Of a stretch of 64,000 nucleotides of DNA, positions 57,388 through 64,000 are shown piece after piece. The translations under genes and the position numbers were made by a program. Every line of letters starts with the position of its first letter. Position 1 is the stretch's first letter. Under the pieces are notes generated by a model, which saw nothing but the letters and a program-made list of their open reading frames with translations, searched no databases and was not told the DNA's origin. Origin of the DNA: Bacteroidota bacterium. GTDB lineage: Bacteria > Bacteroidota > Bacteroidia > Chitinophagales > Saprospiraceae. The stretch is taken from contig JAAEZH010000002.1 of the NCBI GenBank assembly GCA_018222965.1, positions 137,159 to 201,158 of the forward strand, given 5' to 3'.

Positions 57388-58872
57388 ATGAAAAGAGCAA
57401 TTTTACTCCTTGTTTGCCTGTTTTTCTTTTTTGCCGCCTTCGCTCAGGCTATTCATGATGATGAACGCTATGTTCCGGAAACAGACTCCCTGGTTCTGGA
57501 AAAACTGGACCAGTGGCAGGATCTCAAATTTGGATTGCTGATGCACTGGGGCACCTACAGTCAATGGGGCATTGTAGAATCCTGGTCTCTATGCCCGGAA
57601 GATTATGGCTGGTGCGAACGAAAAAAAGGGAGCAATCCGCAAGACTATTTTACTTACAAAAAGGAATACGAAAACCTGAAGACGACCTTCAATCCGGTAC
57701 AATTTGATCCGGAAAAATGGGCGAAAGCAGCCCGGGCCGCCGGAATGCGCTATATGGTGTTTACGACAAAACACCACGATGGGTTTTCCATGTTTGACAC
57801 CAAATACACCGATTACAAGATTACCGATCCGGCCTGTGATTTTAGCCAACATCCCAAAGCAAACATCACCAAAGAAATCTTTACGGCTTTTCGGGCTGAA
57901 AATATGTGGGTAGGAGCTTATTTCTCAAAGCCGGACTGGAATCACCCAGGCTATTGGGATCCCTATTTCCCGCCTCAGGATCGAAATGTAAATTATGACC
58001 CTGCACTCTATCCGGAAAAATGGGAGTCTTTCGTGCAGTTTACGCACAACCAACTGCTGGAATTGGTAAGCGATTATGGAGAGGTTGCCATACTTTGGCT
58101 GGATGGAGGCTGGGTGAAAAAACGCGACAAACAGAATCTGGATGAAAATTATGCCGAAAAGTTTGCCGAAAACAAATCGGGCAATGGTTTCATCAAACAC
58201 CGCGTCGTATCTCAGGATATTCGCATGGATGAACTGGTCGACAAACTTCGCGAAAAGCAACCGGGTCTCATTGTCGTCGACCGGGCCGTTTACGGGCAAA
58301 ATCAAAATTACCTGACACCGGAAAATCGGGTGCCGGAGAAAGAATTGCCTTACCCCTGGGAATCCTGTATCATTTCAGGAGGTGGCTGGTCCTACACGCC
58401 GAATGCTACCTATATGAGTGGCAGAGAAGGCGTACAAATGCTGGTTGATATCGTGGCAAAAGGCGGCAACCTGCTACTCAATATTGCTCCTTCGCCGGAA
58501 GGCGAATGGCAGGAGGGAGCCTACCGCCTGCTTCGCGATTTTGAGAACTGGATGGCGATCAACAGCGAAGGGATTTACAAGAGCAACACCCTGGCGCCTT
58601 ATAAAGAAGACAATATTTGTATGACCCAACAAGCCAATGGGGATGCTTACTTTTTTTACCTGGCCGATGAAAATGAAACGGAAATGCCTGCCTCCATTAG
58701 CGTAAAATCACACCAGCCCAAAAAGGATAGCAAGGTATATTTACTGGGCTATGAAAAAGCTCTTAAATGGCGTACCACTGAAAGTGGCTTTACCGTAGAT
58801 ATTCCCAGAAAATTTCGCGAAAATCCACCTTGTGCATTTGTATGGACCTTAAAAGTGTCCTCCCTAAAATAG
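57388..58872 (+). CDS. Glycoside hydrolase family 29 alpha-L-fucosidase
   Basis: 494 aa. Signal peptide. DLKFGLLMHWGTYSQWG, TKHHDGFSMFDTKYTDY, YFSKPDWNHP are GH29 hallmarks. Confidence 0.9.
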   Translation: MKRAILLLVCLFFFFAAFAQAIHDDERYVPETDSLVLEKLDQWQDLKFGLLMHWGTYSQWGIVESWSLCPEDYGWCERKKGSNPQDYFTYKKEYENLKTTFNPVQFDPEKWAKAARAAGMRYMVFTTKHHDGFSMFDTKYTDYKITDPACDFSQHPKANITKEIFTAFRAENMWVGAYFSKPDWNHPGYWDPYFPPQDRNVNYDPALYPEKWESFVQFTHNQLLELVSDYGEVAILWLDGGWVKKRDKQNLDENYAEKFAENKSGNGFIKHRVVSQDIRMDELVDKLREKQPGLIVVDRAVYGQNQNYLTPENRVPEKELPYPWESCIISGGGWSYTPNATYMSGREGVQMLVDIVAKGGNLLLNIAPSPEGEWQEGAYRLLRDFENWMAINSEGIYKSNTLAPYKEDNICMTQQANGDAYFFYLADENETEMPASISVKSHQPKKDSKVYLLGYEKALKWRTTESGFTVDIPRKFRENPPCAFVWTLKVSSLK

Positions 58873-58876
58873 ATTT

Positions 58877-61558
58877 ATGAAGTTTCCTTCCCGATGTATT
58901 TGTCTCCTTTTGGCAGGGTTATTCCTGCTATCCTGTAATCAGGAGGATGTATTGATTTACAAAAATCCGGAAGCTGCCATCGAAGACCGGGTTGAGGATC
59001 TACTGGGGAGAATGACCCTCGAAGAGAAATTTTGGCAGCTTTTTATGATCCCAGGAGATATTTCTGATGGCAAAGAAAAATACCAACACGGAATTTTTGG
59101 GTTTCAGGTTTCCACCCAGGGTGCTTCGGATACTGAAGCAGGTCAATTGCTGGATTATTCTGCGGGAGGCAAAGCAAAAGAAACGGCAGTACGCATTAAT
59201 GAAATGCAAAAATACTTCCTGGAAGAAACCCGGCTGGGTATTCCAATCATTCCATTTGATGAAGCACTCCATGGGTTGATTCGGGAAGAGGCTACGGTCT
59301 TTCCACAGGCAATCGGATTAGCCGCTTCCTGGAATACGGAACTGATGGATACCGTAGCGCATGCTATTGCAACGGAAGTAAAAGCCAGAGGAATCCGGCA
59401 AGTGTTGTCTCCTGTAATAAACATCGCCAGAGATGTGCGTTGGGGGCGGGTGGAAGAAACCTATGGCGAAGCCCCCTTTTTAACCTCAAAAATGGCCGTG
59501 TCCTATATATCGGCATTTGAAACCAAGGGAATCATCACCACGCCCAAACACTTTGCCGTAAATGTCGGCGAAGGTGGCCGGGATTCTTATCCCATTCATC
59601 ACAATGAAAGGCTGCTGGAAGAAGTGTATTTCCCGGCATTTAAAACCAGTGTTCAGCAAGCGGGGGCTCGGTCAATAATGACAGCCTATAACTCATTGGA
59701 TGGTACGCAGGCTACGGCCAATGATTGGCTGCTTCATAAAAAACTAAAGACGGAATGGGGGTTTGATGGGTTTGTAATATCCGATGCGGGAGCAACGGGA
59801 GGAGCCAATGTCTTGCATTTTACAGCCAGGGATTATGCAGAAGCAACTAAGCAAGCGCTGGAGGGCGGACTCGATGTCATATTTCAAACCTCCTATGATC
59901 ATTATCCGCTTTTTTATGAAGCTTTTGAAAAAGGAATGATTTCGGAAACGGCTATAGACGATGCGGTACGTCGTGTGCTTCGCGCGAAGTTTGGTCTGGG
60001 ATTGTTTGAGAATCCCTATGTTCAGGCAGAGGAGCTGGTCCAGGTTGATTTAAAAGCTCTGCATAAGCCTCTGGCCCAAAAAGCAGCCCTGGAATCGATC
60101 GTATTATTGAAAAATGAAGATCAGACTTTGCCTCTCCCAAAAAGCCTGACCTCTATTGCGGTCCTGGGGCCGGAAGCCGATGACCCGCGGCTGGGGGGCT
60201 ATTCAGGCCCCGGAAATGATCCCGTTTCGATATTGGAGGGTATCAAAGCCAAAGTAGGAAGTAGGGTAGGAGTCGCTTTCGCGAAAGGCTGCTCAAGGAC
60301 AGCGGAAGACTTTACCGCAATCCCCGGAGATTTCTTTTTTCATACGGAAAACGGCCAACAAAAGCCCGGACTGAAAGGCGATTATTTCAATAACATAACA
60401 ATGGAAGGCACTCCTGCGATGTCCCGGATAGATGCCAGTATCGATTTCCGGTGGACCCTGTTCTCGCCGGACCAGGAAACCATTAATTACGATTATTATT
60501 CAGCCCGATGGACGGGCACTCTGGTCGCGCCGGAGACCGGGAATATCGATATCGGGATCAAGGGCGATGACGGCTACCGTATATTTATCAATGGAGAATT
60601 GGTGTTGGATAACTGGAGAAAACAGACCGTACAACAGCTGAATACTCCTTTTTATTTTGAAAAAGGGAAAGCCTATGATCTGAAAGTAGAGTTTTATGAA
60701 ACAACAGGGAATGTATGGTTTAAGCTCATTTGGAATGCTGGTTTAAACGAAGACCCCGATGCGGAAATAAACGAGGCGGTGGAACTGGCCCGTAAATCGG
60801 ACATTGCGGTCATTTGTGTGGGCATAGAGGAGGGCGAATTCAGAGACCGGGCCTTTTTATCCCTGCCGGGCGAGCAGGAGCGGCTGATCCGGGAAGTAGC
60901 CCAAACCGGTACTCAGGTAGTGGTGGTTTTAGTGGGCGGTAGTGCGGTTACCATGGAGGCCTGGCGTCGGGACGCAAATGCCATTTTGGATGTTTGGTAC
61001 CCCGGCGATGAAGGAGGAAAGGCTGTTGCCGATGTGCTTTTTGGTGAATACAATCCGGCAGGCAGATTGCCCATTACCTTTCCGATTCACGAAGCCCAAC
61101 TTCCTCTGTATTACAGCCATAAGCCCACCGGCCGGGGTGATGATTATTTAAATTTGTCGGGTAAGCCCTTGTATCCTTTTGGATATGGATTGAGTTATAC
61201 GCATTTTGAATATGACCAAATCAAATTAGAAAGAGATTCCATTGGGCCAGGAGAAACCACCCGGGTAAGTTGCACGGTCACCAATACGGGGGATTTTGAT
61301 GGAGATGAAGTGGTACAACTTTATATCAAAGATGAATTAGCAAGTCTTGCCCGACCTGTCAGAGAACTTAAAGGTTTTCAGCGTTTACACCTTAAAAAGG
61401 GGGAGACAAAGACGGTAAGCTTTGAGCTATATCCGGAGTTGCTTCAAATGCTCAATCAGGAGCTGGAGCCAATTGTTGAACCGGGCGATTTTCGGATCAT
61501 GCTGGGTGCTTCCAGCAACGATATTCGGCAGCGGATAATTTTAAACGTAATAGAATAG
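58877..61558 (+). CDS. bglX: Glycoside hydrolase family 3 beta-glucosidase with inserted PA14 domain; lipoprotein
   Basis: 893 aa. Lipobox LLSCNQ. GH3 motifs (KHFAVN, GFDGFVISD nucleophile). PA14 block GLKGDYFNN...RWTG. Only 4 bp after the GH29 gene, so likely co-transcribed. Confidence 0.9.
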   Translation: MKFPSRCICLLLAGLFLLSCNQEDVLIYKNPEAAIEDRVEDLLGRMTLEEKFWQLFMIPGDISDGKEKYQHGIFGFQVSTQGASDTEAGQLLDYSAGGKAKETAVRINEMQKYFLEETRLGIPIIPFDEALHGLIREEATVFPQAIGLAASWNTELMDTVAHAIATEVKARGIRQVLSPVINIARDVRWGRVEETYGEAPFLTSKMAVSYISAFETKGIITTPKHFAVNVGEGGRDSYPIHHNERLLEEVYFPAFKTSVQQAGARSIMTAYNSLDGTQATANDWLLHKKLKTEWGFDGFVISDAGATGGANVLHFTARDYAEATKQALEGGLDVIFQTSYDHYPLFYEAFEKGMISETAIDDAVRRVLRAKFGLGLFENPYVQAEELVQVDLKALHKPLAQKAALESIVLLKNEDQTLPLPKSLTSIAVLGPEADDPRLGGYSGPGNDPVSILEGIKAKVGSRVGVAFAKGCSRTAEDFTAIPGDFFFHTENGQQKPGLKGDYFNNITMEGTPAMSRIDASIDFRWTLFSPDQETINYDYYSARWTGTLVAPETGNIDIGIKGDDGYRIFINGELVLDNWRKQTVQQLNTPFYFEKGKAYDLKVEFYETTGNVWFKLIWNAGLNEDPDAEINEAVELARKSDIAVICVGIEEGEFRDRAFLSLPGEQERLIREVAQTGTQVVVVLVGGSAVTMEAWRRDANAILDVWYPGDEGGKAVADVLFGEYNPAGRLPITFPIHEAQLPLYYSHKPTGRGDDYLNLSGKPLYPFGYGLSYTHFEYDQIKLERDSIGPGETTRVSCTVTNTGDFDGDEVVQLYIKDELASLARPVRELKGFQRLHLKKGETKTVSFELYPELLQMLNQELEPIVEPGDFRIMLGASSNDIRQRIILNVIE

Positions 61559-61742
61559 TGTCCAACATCAAGCACCCTGCCAATTCTCAACGCCTAAACC
61601 CTTCGAAATTCAGTCTGATCTCTCCCGGAAATAAGAAATCTTCTTGGCTTAATTAAAGGAAAAAAGGAATTATTACTTTTGAACCAGTTGAATGGCAATC
61701 TTTCAGTCCATTATTTAACAATCTCTGATAATCATTTTTTTC

Positions 61743-63905
61743 ATGAAGTTTGTCCTTGTTTTTTGGGTATTAATAGGGGTTTCTACAACTATTTCGGCAC
61801 AACAGAGTAAAACCTGCCTGTCATGTGTTGGTTCGGGCAGTGTCTACGTAGAACGGGAAGTAGTAAAAAGTACTACTACCACTTTTGAATCTTACGGTTC
61901 GCTGCCCCACATGGTTCGATCTTCCACAACCGAGCAATACGGAACGGAAGGAGGCTATGAATCCTGTGCACGCTGTGGCGGTACGGGCCGGATCCATTAT
62001 ACGGCACCGGCAACTCCGACTACGGCTCCAAAGCGTGTACTCACGTTGCGAGAAAGCATCATGAAAGAATATTTGTACAAGATGAAACCCGAGTATGAAT
62101 TGTTGGATGTACCCGGTGGCAGGTTTCATGAAGTATCGTATCGTTCGGATGGAAAATATGAGCGGGATATCCTCTTTAGCTCCGGTGGTAATTCTTTCCG
62201 AGTTTTTTATCAGGAAAGGAGAAATAGTTCCTTTGATGTTCTAAAAGACGGAGCGGGAAATTTTGTGGCTGTTAAAGTATTCGAGGATGGTACAAGCAAG
62301 CTGTATGATGCCAAGGGGCAATTAAAACTAAGTTTAAGAGGGCATATTCAGGCAGCCAGCACATCTGCTATTTGGGTGGAAGATCTTCAAAGAAGTGCCG
62401 GAAAAGCTTTCAACGAAAAATATTACCGCCTGGTTAGTTATCCGGGGCAAAAGCAATTATTATCTAAAAGTGTACAAATACAGTTGCCTTATTACTGGGG
62501 AGATTTACTCGATAAAAAACAGTTGGCCGTTGAAATTGACATTGATGAAAAAGATGGATCCTGGACAGAAACCATCATAGATATGTCGGGGAAAGAAGCC
62601 GTTTCCCTTCCCGATCTGGATTTGGTATACGTCGACGGAACCGACCCATACATTTATTTTGTTGATCGAAACACGAATGAGTTATTAATGTACGATTTTG
62701 CCGGGAATCCTTTCTCAACCCGCCAAATATTGAAAAAGGATTGCGGACAGGGAGTCGAATGCCAGGAAATCAGTTATCAAAAATGGCCCGATGATATATA
62801 CGCATCTCCGCAGGAGAAATACGAAAAGATGCGCACCAAAAAGATTGTAAGTGTTACCGATCCGGCTTATCCTTATCTGCATGGGTATGAGTTTGACTAC
62901 TTTGGGCGCTTTGATAAAACGGGCTGGGCTTCCGTATCACCCAGGAGTGATGACGATTTATATCTCGCACATACCTCCGGTCTGATTGCCAAGGAAAAGT
63001 CAGGCAGACGCATGAGGGACTATTACAACCACTCTCGCGAACTTGATATAGAAGCCAATATAGATTGGATTTCGCCCTATCATTTTGAGTTGGTACGGAA
63101 AGGGGATAAGGTGGGTGCGAAGGTTGTTCGGAATTTTGAGGAAGGAAACTTTGAGTTGAAACCCGCTTATCGGGATGTACGCCTATTCTCCAATAACATC
63201 ATCGCCGTGCAGGATTATAAATCCGGAAAGTGGGGCGCTTTTATGGTTTACGAAGGCAGATATGGAAAACACAAGATCAAGCCGCAATACGACGAGGTTT
63301 ATTCAGTTTACAGGGAAAATTATGTTTTTGGCCGCAAAGGGGACGAGTGGTACAAAACCTTTTTTGAAGGGAAACGACTAAAAACTGTGGAAATTACCGA
63401 TGATCTGAAATCGGATGAGAGACGGTCAAAGGAACTGAAACTTGCTATTGAATCGGGGCTTAGGGATTATTTACTCATCGATTATATTCTGGATGAACAC
63501 CCTTCGATAAAACCCGATCTATTTGGGGAAACGAAAATGGTGGACGGCCGTCAGCATACGTATTTGAAGGATGGCAGAGTGATAGTGAGAACCACTCAAA
63601 CCATACATTATCAGTATTCGCTATTGGATCGGACGTACAAGGATTATTTGCCCTCCAAAGTTGGATGCCTGGCTGTTAAAGACGATGATGGCAAATGGCG
63701 TCTCCTACGCGAATCCGGAGACGGAGAATCCATGAAACCATACGGCGGGCCTGCTTATGCATTCGACGAGGCAAAATACATCGAAAGCAAGAGGAAAGGG
63801 CATATTACCAATGAACTGTGTTTAATAAATAAACAGGGAGCATTTATCCTAATTGAACATCTCGACGATCCGATCCTCGAGCCGATTTGGTTGAATGAGA
63901 AATAG
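61743..63905 (+). CDS. Hypothetical secreted protein with two DnaJ-type CxxCxGxG zinc-finger motifs near the N-terminus and WG-like repeats
   Basis: 720 aa. Signal peptide. CLSCVGSG and CARCGGTG about 40 aa apart. KSGKWGAF WG-type segment. Confidence 0.5.
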   Translation: MKFVLVFWVLIGVSTTISAQQSKTCLSCVGSGSVYVEREVVKSTTTTFESYGSLPHMVRSSTTEQYGTEGGYESCARCGGTGRIHYTAPATPTTAPKRVLTLRESIMKEYLYKMKPEYELLDVPGGRFHEVSYRSDGKYERDILFSSGGNSFRVFYQERRNSSFDVLKDGAGNFVAVKVFEDGTSKLYDAKGQLKLSLRGHIQAASTSAIWVEDLQRSAGKAFNEKYYRLVSYPGQKQLLSKSVQIQLPYYWGDLLDKKQLAVEIDIDEKDGSWTETIIDMSGKEAVSLPDLDLVYVDGTDPYIYFVDRNTNELLMYDFAGNPFSTRQILKKDCGQGVECQEISYQKWPDDIYASPQEKYEKMRTKKIVSVTDPAYPYLHGYEFDYFGRFDKTGWASVSPRSDDDLYLAHTSGLIAKEKSGRRMRDYYNHSRELDIEANIDWISPYHFELVRKGDKVGAKVVRNFEEGNFELKPAYRDVRLFSNNIIAVQDYKSGKWGAFMVYEGRYGKHKIKPQYDEVYSVYRENYVFGRKGDEWYKTFFEGKRLKTVEITDDLKSDERRSKELKLAIESGLRDYLLIDYILDEHPSIKPDLFGETKMVDGRQHTYLKDGRVIVRTTQTIHYQYSLLDRTYKDYLPSKVGCLAVKDDDGKWRLLRESGDGESMKPYGGPAYAFDEAKYIESKRKGHITNELCLINKQGAFILIEHLDDPILEPIWLNEK

Positions 63906-64000
63906 AGGCCTTGTTTTTTTATTTGCAGAAGGACAAAATTCATATACGGAATGGTGCGACCCGCTCCGCAGGTCAAAAACTACTTACCAAATTTTGATTT

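Noticed and set aside
1-64000. CRISPR arrays, IS elements, integrases, rRNA
   Set aside because: No regularly spaced direct repeats with unique spacers were found. No transposase- or recombinase-like ORFs. No rRNA-like conserved stretches.

Overview
This 64-kb window looks like chromosomal DNA from a Bacteroidetes-type bacterium. Evidence from the sequence: a very large protein ending in a type IX secretion C-terminal sorting domain, a PorV/PorQ-like outer-membrane protein, an OmpA protein with thrombospondin-3 repeats, many SpII-type lipoprotein signals, long-form NusB, and TAnnTTTG-like -7 promoter boxes. Coding density is high, with about 45 CDS. Housekeeping and envelope genes: guaA, nusB, ggt, alpha-2-macroglobulin, S46 dipeptidyl-peptidase, NfeD-flotillin, an SLC13 permease and an SSF symporter. 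Glycan-degradation genes: GH1, GH29, GH3-PA14 and a beta-propeller GH-like lipoprotein. Several accessory-looking loci: a divergent Clp/Hsp100-like ATPase next to two secreted VWA proteins, a tandem array of four paralogous small lipoproteins, a leaderless 946-aa metzincin with a partner gene, and WG-repeat proteins. I found no rRNA, tRNA, CRISPR array, transposase or integrase. The most unusual signal is a short near-palindromic motif, GCCTTTCGGCGAAAGCC (full 17-mer or 13-nt sub-strings of it). It occurs at least 9 times, in intergenic DNA and inside six unrelated coding sequences in different frames and orientations. That is far above chance and resembles an uptake-signal-like or highly-iterated-palindrome element. 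All functional calls are from reading the translated ORFs and DNA by eye; no database search was possible.
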